From: Tubulanus polymorphus
Taxonomy: Eukaryota; Animalia; Nemertea
Direction: 5' to 3'
Assembly (NCBI RefSeq): GCF_964204645.1
Contig: NC_134035.1
Span: 8,960,451 to 9,024,450, forward strand
Length of the DNA: 64,000 nt
Positions within the stretch are counted from its first letter, which is position 1. Every line of letters begins with the position of its first letter. Under the pieces are notes generated by a model. That model worked only from the letters and a program-made list of their open reading frames with translations. It had not been told where the DNA came from and did not search any database. Both the position numbers and the translations under genes were made by a program. This document shows, one piece after another, positions 12,501 to 25,800 of the stretch.

Positions 12501-15500
12501 AGATGATGATATTCTCATATCCAGGGAGGAGGATTGGAAGATGATGATGATATTCTCATATCCAGGGAGGAGGGTTAGAAGAAGATGATGATATTCTCAT
12601 ATCCAGGGAGGAGGGTTAGAAAAAGATGATGATATTCTCATATCCAGGGAGGAGGGTTAGAAGATGATATTCTCGTATCCAGAGAGGAGGGTTAGAAGAT
12701 GATGATATTCTCATATCTAGGGAGGAGGGTTAGAAAAAGAGGATGATATTCTCATATCCAGGGAGGAGGATTGGAAGATGATGATGATATTCTCATATCC
12801 AGGGAGGAGGGTTAGAAGAAGATGATGATATTCTCATATCCACGGAGGAGGGTTAGAAGAAGATGATGATATTCTCATATCCAGGGAGGAGGGTTAGTAG
12901 ATGATGATATTCTCATATCTAGGGAGGAGGGTTAGAAAAAGAAGATCATATTCTCATATCCAGGGAGGAGGATTGGAAGATGATGATGATATTCTCATAT
13001 CCAGGGAGGAGGGTTAGAAGATGATATTCTCGTATCCAGAGAGGAGGGTTAGAAGATGATGATATTCTCATATCTAGGGAGGAGGGTTAGAAAAAGAGGA
13101 TGATATTCTCATATCCAGGGAGGAGGATTGGAAGATGATGATGATATTCTCATATCCAGGGAGGAGGGTTAGAAGAAGATGATGATATTCTCATATCCAC
13201 GGAGGAGGGTTAGAAGAAGATGATGATATTCTCATATCCAGGGAGGAGGGTTAGTAGATGATGATATTCTCATATCTAGGGAGGAGGGTTAGAAAAAGAA
13301 GATCATATTCTCATATCCAGGGAGGAGGATTGGAAGAAGATGATGATATTCTCATATCCAGGGAGGAGGGTTAGAAGAAGATGATGATATTTTCATATCC
13401 AGGGAGGAGGGTTAGAAGAAGATGCTGATATTCTCATATCCAGGGAGGAGGGTTAAGAAGATGACGATTTCAGCGACTGCGGCTATAGGTGAGTCGATCG
13501 TCGTGTGTATCTCATGGAGCGTTGCGAGATTTATTGCTCGAAATGCACGCGTACTATACGATAAAAAACAATAATTGCTAGCTGACCACGTTGCTGCGCT
13601 GGACGGCCTGCGGGGATTGCACCGACCAACACGCCCGGTACGACTAGCTCGCCATAGCCGAGTAATTGGTACCATTACCGCAATGTTGCCATTGTCTGCG
13701 GGCTAGCCAATCACCGCGCCAACCTCGCCACGCGACTAGCCATCTTTGATAGATGTTGTTAATACTTCACACGCGATGCCGGTGATAATTTCATCTTGAT
13801 TCCATTAGTTTTTTGCTCGGTGGAGTGCGCAGCCAAAACGCAATACTTAATCGAACCGAATTAATTAAACTAAATGTGGTCGATCTCAACAATGACCAGT
13901 GCACTTCATTCCAGCCAGCGCTTCATTCACCGGTTTACAATTACATTATCTCGCCATGGTGGCCACTTACCTGGAAATCTGGAAAAAGTCGGGGAATTTT
14001 CTTTTCTTTGAAAAAGCCAGGGAATTTTATTAAAAAGAAAAAAGCTTAGAATCGCGAAAAAGTCAGGGAAATTGGTTGCGATTGCTAGATCATGTGTAAA
14101 ATCAAATGTTTCCGTCTATGTCTATGGACTCTTAGCAGATCAAGTCAGGAAAAACAACGACCATGTCAGGGAATATTCAGGGAAATGTCCAGGGGAAAGC
14201 CAGTCAAATAGAAGTGGCCACCTTGTTCCTTATTTTTTCTGTCCAGATGGACAGACTTTGCCAATAAGTGTATATATCTTTATTGTCTACGTCTTTATCG
14301 CACTACATATACATTCAAACTTTGAGAGCCCCAATTTGCATTTCCAATTCAATTTGCTCAAAATATAGGTTGAAAACAACCATGGTGCCAATGAGTACAA
14401 TGACCTCAAGCGAGTTTGGCTACACCATTGACTTTGGCTACACCATTGATTTATCTTTACAGCGCAATTCGTACTTAACATCGCGTTACGCGGTAATACT
14501 TGGATATACGTTAACGCGTATTACCGTTGACAGTAATTGCTAATCAAATTTACCGGCTGACTTATATGCGTCTCGTATCCGACAGGAACCGTTTCGTCCG
14601 GTTCTCCTACCGTACCTCTCCGTTCGCTGCTATACGCGGTCGTCGTGATCGATGTCGACTAATATGTCATCTGGCAGCTGTCAAATATGCCAAATTGGTG
14701 CGGTGTCTTTTCCCCCCCCCCCTCCGCGCGCTAGTTCGGCCGACGACGACTGTTGCCGATAACCGTCGAGACAGAACAATAATTACATCACAACTACTAT
14801 GCATCGCGTGTTAGAACCGTGACTCTCAGTGGCTATCGAAAAAACGGAAGAAAATTCAGCTTTTTCTAAAATTCTGAAAACCTGTCGGAAACTCCCGTGT
14901 GACTTACACCGGCATCAAATCTATCTGTAGCCTGAACGCACCCTCCTATTTTGATTAGCGAATGTAAGAAAAGATGGTTAAGGTTAAATTTCACCTAGGA
15001 AAAAATGGCCAAGGAAAAAAATATTTTTCAAAAATTCCGAAAACCTGTGTCGGAAACTCCCGTGTGACTTACGCTGACATCAAATCTATCTGTAGCCTGA
15101 ACGCTCCCACCTATCGAAAGATTAGCAAATATGAGAAAAAATGGTTAGGATATTTCACTTAGCAAAAAGTTGCCAAGGAAAAAAAGATTTTTCAAAAATT
15201 CCGAAAATGTGTGACGGAAACTCAGGCGTGACTTACGCTAGCGTCTAATCTATCTGCAGCCTGAACGCTCCCACCTATTTTGATAAACAAATGTAGGAAA
15301 AAATGGCCACTTTGTCCGAGTCACCTTGATTATCCAGCCTTCTTGCAATCGTTGTGTAGATTTCGCCTGTGTGTTCACAGTTACCTATTCTAAATCGGAC
15401 AGACATCGGACAGACATTTTCATCGTCGGTGAACTTTCAAAGTCCAGACTTCAGATGTACGCGGAGGTTGGATTCATGCCGCGGATATCTCTGCGCCACC

Positions 15501-17325
15501 GACAGCTAAGAAATATCATTAATAGTCGACAATCTTTAAGAAGAACAAAGCTCTCGAGAAAGCCGTCATTGTTTGCTTTGACAGGAAATCCGGGCTTTTC
15601 TTCGTTGTTATAAAGATTGACGTCATTTATTCGTTTGCGTTGATCTCGTCGTCATATCTCGGATACAGACAGACAGACAGACGGACGGACACTGCGCCGT
15701 ACGTATCACATGTCCACTCTCGCGGTGTATAAACTAATAATCTGATGAATGCTCGTCAAATAGAGACCGACCACGACGTCCAACGCAGCGGCGCATTTAT
15801 GATATAATCTTTAATATTCAGACGGCGATGTCCGTAGTAGACTACTGATGTAGTTAACACCTATGTGTAGAACCTAGTCTTAGTTCAGATGATCGTACTA
15901 CTGATACTGATTCAGTTAACACTTACACATAGAACCTAGCCGCAAATCGTCAAATATGCATTTTTTTCAAAAACAAGCTGAATATGCCATAAAAATCGCT
16001 GTTTTTTGAAGTTTAATTTGCCCTACTTTGGTATGGATCAAACTACTAGTTACTTTATTACTTGGGCTAATTGATTGTTGAGATGTTTCCCCTTTTTCTT
16101 TTTTGGGGAACGTTTAAATACTTTGTAAAGCGGATATGGGTAAAATGTTGTTCAAAACGATGATTCTCCAATGAAGATTTTAAAAGCATTTAACGAGCTC
16201 GAATTAAGAGATTAAGCTTTCAATTTTATGTTCCGCGGCCTTTTTTCCCGTGTGGATAATACCGCGGCCATTTTTTCCGTTCACCAATTCAGATAAAACG
16301 ATATTCAGATGAAAGCAAGCCTTCGATACATTTTCACGCGAATGAGAAAATCCGGTACCACGCGAAATAACGAACGAACTATCGGTTTACGATAAATGGA
16401 TTTTCGGCGGTCTCCGTTATTAGAGCTGGAAATAAACGGAAACGTGTTAAAAATCGTACGTAAAAGACCGATCGACCCCGGTCATTGCAGGTTAGACGAG
16501 TTCATCTACCTAAATCAGTTAATCCACATCGGTGGACGCGACTGTAGAAAACACCAGCGCTATAAAGCCGTTTCATTTATAGTTTATTGCTGAAGAATCG
16601 ATAACCTCAGCAGAAGTGTCGACCCGTCGAAGCCGAATGTGTAGATTTTGCCGGAGAGTTTCAGCAGTGCTTGATTTATTTTCGAGTTTGTTTCTTGCGA
16701 TTAAAACGTTTTTTCTACTGAGCATTGTCCTCATCCGAAGGGTTGGTTTTATCGTAATCTGATGAGGGACGGATCCAGGCGGACTCGTGCTACTCGGTCG
16801 AGTGTGTCAAATTTTCCAGTTCCTTTTTTCATTTTGTCTGCTAACATAAAATAGGTGCGTTTCAGCGCTGGACTACGCTTCATCGGACGCCTTTTGTGAT
16901 GTGACAAATTCAGTTCCTGCTACAAAGAACTGTGCGGGTGTAACGTTTGAGGTCCTTTTTCTAGTGACAAAAATTGTCGCCATAGAACAGCAGGGTGTAC
17001 GTGACCTAATATTGCCTTTTTGAACATCATATCATTTTGGGATGTGACTAGTTCAGGGTGCACGTACGGTTTGAGATCCTTTCACTAGCGATAGAAATTG
17101 TCACCAGTGAACAGCTGGGGTATATGTTTTATTAGCTCAGTGCAGAAATGACCTAAATATTGCCTTATTGACTTAAAATGCCCTGTTTGGATGTGACAAG
17201 CTCTTCAAAATTCGCCCCTCGATCCACTCATCCAGATCCTATAGGTTTTTACATGTTTTCAGTCACTTTAAAAGTACTCTCGCATAACAACGTGAATAGT
17301 TTTAAAGGTTTTTTAACAAGTGATG

Positions 17326-17394
<69 letters not shown>

Positions 17395-19718
17395 TCTCTC
17401 CCTCTCTCCCTCTCTCCCTCTCTCCCTCTCTCCCTCTCTCCCTCTCTCTCCCTCTCTCTCCCTCTCTCTCCCTCTCTCTCCCTCTCTCTCCCTCTCTCTC
17501 CCTCTCTCTCCCTCTCTCTCCCTCTCCCTCTCTCTCCCTCTCTCTCCCTCTCTCTCCCTCTCTCTCTCCCTCTCTCTCTCCCTCTCTCTCTCCCTCTCTC
17601 TCTCCCTCTCTCCCTCTCTCCCTCTTTCCCTCTCTCCCTCTCTCCCTCTCTCCCTCTCTCCCTCTCTCCCCCTCCCTCCTATCCCTCCCCCTCTCCTTCC
17701 CCCTCTCCCTCTGGCTCTGGCTCTCCCTCTCCTGGCTCTCCCTCTCCTGGCTCTCCCTCTCCTGGTTCTCCCCTCTCTTTCTCTCTCCCTCTCACTCACT
17801 CTCTCTCTCTCTCTCTCTCTGTTCATCAAGTATTTTGTTGATGTCGATCGTGTCTGACAAGATGTGCGCAAACTGTATGCGTACATCGGCTTCTCGACTG
17901 CTAACTATCCGCTAGTCGTCGACACCGGGCATCATGCTGAATACAAATACCGTTCCAGACACGAGGCGAACTATCTTCGATAGACTAGATAAGGCGGCTA
18001 TTGTGTCACTAACCATTCGCAACGCTAATTCACCGAGGACGACGAGGCCGTTCTCGCATCAGTATCCGAGCGAACGCGCGCGCTGGGGGTCGAGTTGTTT
18101 CTAAGCGTCAGTTCTCCGCTATCTAATTAGTCACTTGTCATTGACCTTAAAGAATGTGTTTGTGTATAGAACCCGGTTGTTTTATCGTGTGACGGGTTTC
18201 GTTGTGACGCGTGTTTTTGCGAGCTCGTTTCATCGTCAGACGCTTTGTTTCCAGTAAAGGTTACGCTTTGACGTCGTCGTTCAGACGCCGCCGTTTTCGG
18301 TAATTACGAAGGGAAAACAACCCGGCGAAGTTTCTTCGTAATTTTTTGAAAGGAATGTTGACATTTCAATTCTCGCAGTTGACTACATTCGCTATCGCGA
18401 AATTGTTTAAATTCACTCACAGTTGATGAAACACTTTCTCGTCGACTGTTTTTCACTCTTTCTCACATGCTCTCAAAAATATCCCGAAGATACTCTGAAA
18501 ATCAGTATCATTCCGAGTTCATTTTCAATTAACCCTTTCAGTGTTGACTACGCAATTAATGCCCGAAAGTGCTAGAGATAATTTGAGAATTTTGAAAAAT
18601 TCCACCCGAAAGGGTTGAATAACAGAAATACCACTATAGTGCGTCTACACCGCGGCGCGGTGTATCGTTTGACTAGTATTTCACTATGTTTGACAGGTGC
18701 TGCCATTTTTAAGAGAGATGATTACTAATTACATCAATACACCGCAGCACAGTGTACTAGCAAAATCTATCACTGATTTATACACCGCACTGCGGTGTAG
18801 ACGCACTGAAAGGGTTAAACAAATATTTTTAGAGGTCGAATTATTCTCATTCTGTGGTGATCTGAACTGCCGTAGTTTGAGATCCGAGTAGAGTTCGGTT
18901 AAGGTTAAGGTTTCATTATGAGAATAGCAATTTCAGACCACCGCTCGACATCTCTTAATCCTAAACATGATTAAAGAACCTCTTCTGTCTCGCTCGGTTT
19001 AGACACGAATTCAGTGCATTCAACAGAAAACACACGGTACAGCACAGCTCTTATATACTCATCGATCTAAGTCTGAAACACTTTCGTCGACTCTTCATTT
19101 GTTTCGAGACAAGTTTTCATCTCGAGAAATATTCACAGTTGACTCGTTCGTTTGTAGCCTGTAGGAGACTTTTTAAAATCAGTTCAGGTTGATGAACAAT
19201 TCATGATGGTTCACGTGGTATTTGAGGGGGGATAGAATGCTGCCTGTGGGGCGGGGGAAGAATGCTGCCCGTGGGGAGGGGGGAAGAATGCTGCCCGTGG
19301 GGAGGGGGATCTGACACGCCAACTCATCGAGACCTGATCCTTGTTATTTCACATTTTGAATTACGTGCGGTTGAAATGAACAATAAACGTTCCGCCGCAC
19401 ATTGCGCGCAAGCAGAGAGAGAATATGTGGAGAATGTTTGTTGAGGGTTGACTGTACGCGAATCTCTCTTTATCTTCGTAGACTTGAATTTAACTTCGGG
19501 ATGAGATGAAAAATAAACGTCGTCACACACGTGGAATATGTCGACAATGCTTCGGCGTTTGCCGTTGGTTGGTGGAGAATTCGTGAAATGTCTCTTCAAT
19601 CTGTCGTGTTGCATGAATAATCCTCCCTCGAGGCCATGTTTCATATCGTTACGCTATGATAAGACCTGTGTTATATACCTGTGCGTGTGGTCTTGCTGTG
19701 GTGATGCTGCTGTTGCAG

Positions 19719-19801
<83 letters not shown>

Positions 19802-22800
19802 CCTGCAGTGCTATGCCTAGACAAATTTTCAACGATACGCAAATTGGCCATTCAATCCGATCGACGTCTCATAAAAAAAACATGTGGAAAAAATTTTGCC
19901 AAGGAATAAGGTATATCAACAAATGACAGTGTATCAATTTCATATTGACTTCTCTGAATGTAAAACCAGGCTAATGCAGCCCTTAGTTTGCGAGTTATAT
20001 GAAAAGTTGTCAGGCAGATCGTAGTTGAATAAACCTAGGTATGTGTATTGAGGAATTCAGAATCCGGGACCCAAAACTTACTAGACGTTGTATGTACATG
20101 GTGCATAAACTATAGGCACTCGGCCTTTCATGGGGACCTCCTGCCTTTGACAGCATCTTAGACTCTTAAAAAAAATGTCAAACAATAATTTTCCACTGTT
20201 TGTGTAACTTTCTTTATCCAGGCCATGAACATGTTATCATGGCAAAAAAAGATAGAAAACAGCGCCTGTTAATACCTGAAGTAGAAGTTGGGCCAGTTTG
20301 TAATGATTATCGCAGTAAGACTGCACATCATCAATAACATGGTATTTATACACTCGTTAACCAACCTTTCCACAACAGAACGACTTAAAGTTTCATTAGT
20401 CTGAATTTCATCAGTCAAAGTTTCATTAACGCGATACTAATGGAATTTAAATGAAATGTAAAGTCGTTCTCTGATATGGACCCCTGGTCCCCGGTCGAGA
20501 AAACTCTCACCGAGTATAACGTATAAGAGGCTGGGGTGGATCTAGGAAAATTGGAAGGCAGAGTCCAAAAGAAAAGACTGAAAGGCATGTCCCAGTTAAA
20601 GCAGCACTTGCAAAGGCCAGACAGAACTAGTCATGAGATTTTTGAAGATATCCCTTCTAAAAGATTCGAGAGGATTAGGTTCGTATAGGTCTCCACAATA
20701 TCTATCTCGACGAAAAGGGCAACCTCAATCTGAAGGCAGTGGTCCGGATCCTTCAGACCACCCCTGAGAGGAAGGGGTGGTCTGAAAACTTTAAGTGCGA
20801 AAGGGCGACCTCAATCTGAAGGCTGTGGTCTGGATCCTTCAGACCAAACCCTGAGAGGAAGGGGTGGTCTGAAAACTTTAAGTGCGAAAGATTTATAAAG
20901 ACTGAGCGAATTAAGATCTTAATAGAGAACACCTGACTGATGAATCTCATGGCTTGATGATTCTGTTCATCGAAAACCGATTTAACCGCGATTCATTTCA
21001 AATCTCTGTAGTGGAATAAATCACCTTCGAATCACCCTCATCTCGCGATGAGGATTCGTCCTCATCTCGCGATGAGGAATCTTCGTCGTCTCGCGGATTC
21101 ACCGATGATGTAACAGATATCTCTAATCTGCATAACTTCATGTCGTTGAGAGCCACGAGAGACAGACAGAGTTGAGATACAGAGTCGCGAAAGCAGATTG
21201 CGGAAAGTCGACGACGTTGATGACATTTCGCTAAAGCTGCGTAAACAATTGAAAATTATTGTTGAATCAGGATTGTTTTCTGTGGCATCAGCTCCGGAGA
21301 TACCGGTGGTGGTAGCTATACAGATTGAAATGTCAAATATCTTATTGACATTCTTGTTCGCGTCAGTCACCAAAGTATATCTTAAAAATAGACTTTACCG
21401 TTACTGTGACATTTAGAACGATTGTCATCCGTCGATGAAGGATGACACGATTTCTGCATTTCGATTCGTCTCGGAAGTTACTAAAAATAAAAGATTACTC
21501 TTTGATCGCGCGTATTGTACGAGCTTTCATCGCGACTCGTTCCGGCTTCCGGATTATGACTTCGGGAAAAAAACCAGTTATGAGCGAACGGCTTCCGGAT
21601 TATAACTTCAGAAAGAAAAACAACTGACTATGACTGAACTTTAAACTTTTTAACAATAGCCGCGATCATATGGAGACGATTTAGCCCGGGTCAAACTGGC
21701 CCGGACCAGACCCAAGTCAAATTTAACCCCATGAAGTTAGAGAGCGCGTAAATCACTCAATTTGTATTCAAAGGAAAGGTCAGGGTCCAGTTCCACAATT
21801 GTGAGTTAAGATTTGACTCAGAGTTAAGTCATTGGAAACTAATTTTAGCCCAGAGTTAACTCTAACTCACGACTGTGGAACTGGTTCCAGGGTTATAGTC
21901 ATCCTGAACTCGCTTCCACTGGCGCCCCCTGACCTCACGACGCGCGAATTCATTACTGGTGTTTTTGCGCGCGACTTCAACTTACGAAATGCTTCTTTGT
22001 TTGCGAGAATGTTCGCTGATTCGTCCGTTTAACGGGAAATCCAACTGAAGTCTGATGTCGTTTGTTACAAGCGCTGTGATTGGCCAGACTGGATTCTGGT
22101 CGGCTGGTAACGACTCAAACGACTCGTGAGGTCAAGGGGTTCGGGGACGGCTTTAGCTTAGTGAGTTCGAATCCCTTGACGGGTGAAGATGGCATATGTT
22201 TAGGTTAGGCTATAAGCGAGGTTACCTTTCATCCCTCGATATAGCATCAACGCCAAATTTTGCCAAGGTAAAAATCTTTGTACGATCGCGGCTGATGACA
22301 GCAGCAATGGTAAAAACGAGAACAACTGGTTCACACAACAGTGGAACTGGATCGAAGGAGAAACAAACACACTACTAGATAATAGGATGGTCATATCAAA
22401 GCTGTGGGTCGTCGTGTGTTGAATGGGTAGTTTAGTGTGATCTGTGTGCATTTGTGGCCAGCACACGGACTGGTAAAGAAGTTTTTATCGACGACGCGAT
22501 GGATTAAACGAATTAGACTCGAATCGCGTGATGGTTGAGTGAATGAGAACTGGGTGTCGTCTATACTGTCTAATGTTGGGAAACAGTCAGATGTTCGGAA
22601 GCACGGAATGAAGTATGAAGTATGTGCTCAGCGTGGTGTGAAGAGAAAAGAACTGTCGACGCACTTGATTTTGATTGCTGTGACACGGTTTACACATGAT
22701 AGCCGATGATTATGTTTAAGAATGCGATATGTTTGAATTGGTTGAATGAATACAAGCGATGATACTGTTGCTGCTGCTGTTGCTTACCCATATTTCTCGG

Positions 22801-25800
22801 ATGCTTCACCCGCGGTATTACAACCACTTACGCAATGATCGGTTTAGAGGTGAAGTTAGTTCGTTTCAGAACTGGGTACGAAGATGAATCAAAACCGAAC
22901 TGAGAAACTGAGGATGAAAAGTCGAATCCGAACCCACAACTTAAAGAACTGGTCTCTAGCTTAACTCGTTACTTATGAACTGGATCCATAGTCGAATTAA
23001 ACCCGCACAATGGTGGAACTGACACCAGAGTCAAGCTTAACCCAAACAAAAGTAGAACTGGGTCCAGTCTTAATAAAACCCACAAAATGGTGGAACTGAC
23101 TCCAGAGTCAAGCTAAACCCAAACAAAAGTAGATCTGGATCCAGAGTCAAGCTAAACCTGCACACTGTGGAACTGGATCCGGAGTCAAATTGAACATACA
23201 TGATATATCGGTAGATCTTGATTCTGTATTATCTGGATATTGATGAATCATTCTTCTTTATTTTTTTATATTAACAGGATTTCTGTGGATTCGAATTCAG
23301 CACGGCAGCACATTCAACCACAACACAAACTACAGGCAGCCAATGTTAATAACAATGTAAGCAATCATATCTCCTTACAAATCACCCGATAGATAATCTA
23401 AAAAATCATTTAATTATCGGAAAATCTGAGAAACATGAGATATATATCTGTGGACTGTGGATGAAAAGATGTTCTCTATTTTTAGAGATACTCGATTAGA
23501 AATCGATATCATCTTCATAACATTAATTACTTTGTTTTTCAGGTGTCTGTCAGAAAATCGATGCCGGCACCGGATAAAAAGAAAAGGTAATGTCCCGCGT
23601 TATAGCTAAAACAGCCCCAGATACCGAATATCTGGGACATCTTTGTAAACACAGCCCCTGATACCGAATATCTGGGACGTCTTCCTAAATGCAGCCTCAG
23701 ATACTGAATATCTGGGAAATCATCGTAAACACAGCCTCGGATACCGAATATCTGGGACATTCTACGTAAACACAATCCCAGATACCGAATATCTGGGACA
23801 TTCTATGCAAACACAGCCCCAGATACTGAATACCTGGGACATTCTACGTAAACACAGCCTCAGATACCAAATATCTGGGATATTCTACGTAAACACAGCC
23901 TCAGATACTGAATATCTGGGACATTCTACGTAAACACAGTCCCAGATACCAAATATCTGGGACATTCTATGCAAACACAGCCCCAGATACTGAATACCTG
24001 GGACATTCTACGTAAACACAGCCTCAGATACCGAATATCTGGGACATTCTACGTAAACACAGCCCCAGATACCGAATATCTGGGACATTCTACGTAAACA
24101 CAGCCCAAGATACCAAATATCTGGGACATTCTATGTAAACACAGCCTCAGATACTGAATATCTGGGACATTCTACGTAAACACAGCCCCAGATACCAAAT
24201 ATCTGGGACATTCTACGTAAACACAGCCTCAGATACCGAATATCTGGGACATTCTACGTAAACACAGCCCCAGATACTGAATATCTGGGACATTCTATGC
24301 AATCACAGCCCCAGATACCGAATACCTGGGACATTCTACATATACCATTTACAAAATCAAGGCGTATGATCTTTTTGGAAAACCAGTTTGTAGCTTAATA
24401 TCAATTTGTAATGGGTGAAATGCTGAATGTAAGTGCTTTAGGGTGAAGCAAACCTGACCATCACTTCTATTTAAGAATGGTTCTTTTTAAGCGCTTGACT
24501 ACTTCCAAACATATCGAGATACTCTGAAAATCGGAATTGTTTTCTTGCGTTCTTTTCGATTGAACGACTATTTTCGATGTTGAATATTCTCATATTTTGG
24601 TGAAAACTGCTACAGTAAGAGATATCAGAAAGTCTGGTCGAAAGGTTTCATCGCGAGAATAGCGATTTCCGACAAGCGTTTGACATCTATTTATCCAAAA
24701 AATGAAAAGCCTCATTGTCTCGCAGAGAATAGACATGATTTCATCGCATTCAACGGAAAATGCATCGTACATCTCTTATATACTCATCAATCTAAGTCTC
24801 TCGATATATCGGGAAGCATTTTTTACCCCCCCCCCCTTCCCGCCTGTCTGTCATATATAGTAATACGATATCGACGCCTGATCAATATTCATTGATGAAA
24901 ACCACGTATAGAGATCGTTTTCGAGTGCTTCATTAAATGAACAAGTTCTGAAAGTGCAACGACGACGAGAGGAGAAGCCGAGTTCGACGACGAGTGAGAC
25001 GTTGAGAGTCGTTCATTAGTGAAGTGGATATTTATCATTTCACCGCAGTCGACGTTGGGTGGTATAACCGATGAGATCATATAGTATTCATTGTCATGCT
25101 GAGGGTAATTGACTGTAGATATTTGTCATTTCATTAGAACAGCTTCAAGTGCGCGCGCGCCGCTGAACGCTTACTGGTTTCGTACTGGGTAGATTAGTCG
25201 TTTAGGCTGATTAGATTTTTTTTTTTTAAATCGAAGTTTCGTAAGTAGCCACAGTTGGATACATTTCCTTCTAGTCTCACGTTAACTTGAAAAAACCTAT
25301 TCATGAAATTGGCTCATTCCAACTCAAACAGTCGACCACAGTCCTCGTTATCCCTGAAAGCATTACTTTATTGCCATTACAGGTACTCGATGCTGATATA
25401 GGTGCATTATCATTGATACAGGTATATTATCATTGAAACAGCTATATTATCATTAATACAGGTGCATTATCATTGATACAGGTGCATTATCATTGATATA
25501 GATGCGTTGTTATTGATACAGGTGCATTGTTATTGATACAGGTACAATATCATTGATACAGGTGCATAATCATTGATACAGGTACATTGTTATTCATACA
25601 GGCACATTGTTATTCATACAGGTACATGATCACTGAAACAGGTGCATTGTCATTGAAACAGGTACGTTATCATTGATACAGGTACATTATCATTGATACC
25701 AATGCTTTATCATTGATACAGGTGCTTTGTTATTGATACAGGGACATTATCATTGATACAGGTACATTGTTATAGATACAGGTACATTGTTATAGGTACA

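Noticed and set aside
11018-13462. CRISPR-like periodicity or telomeric repeat (GGGTTAG in each unit)
   Set aside because: No unique spacers, no cas genes, eukaryotic context; TTAGGG is not tandemly repeated.
17178-17915. LS/RE-rich ORFs on both strands
   Set aside because: Translations of a CT microsatellite.
19538-19909. Poly-alanine ORFs
   Set aside because: CTG microsatellite with non-coding-looking flanks.
23605-24340. CRISPR-like 39-bp repeat
   Set aside because: Head-to-tail units with no spacers.
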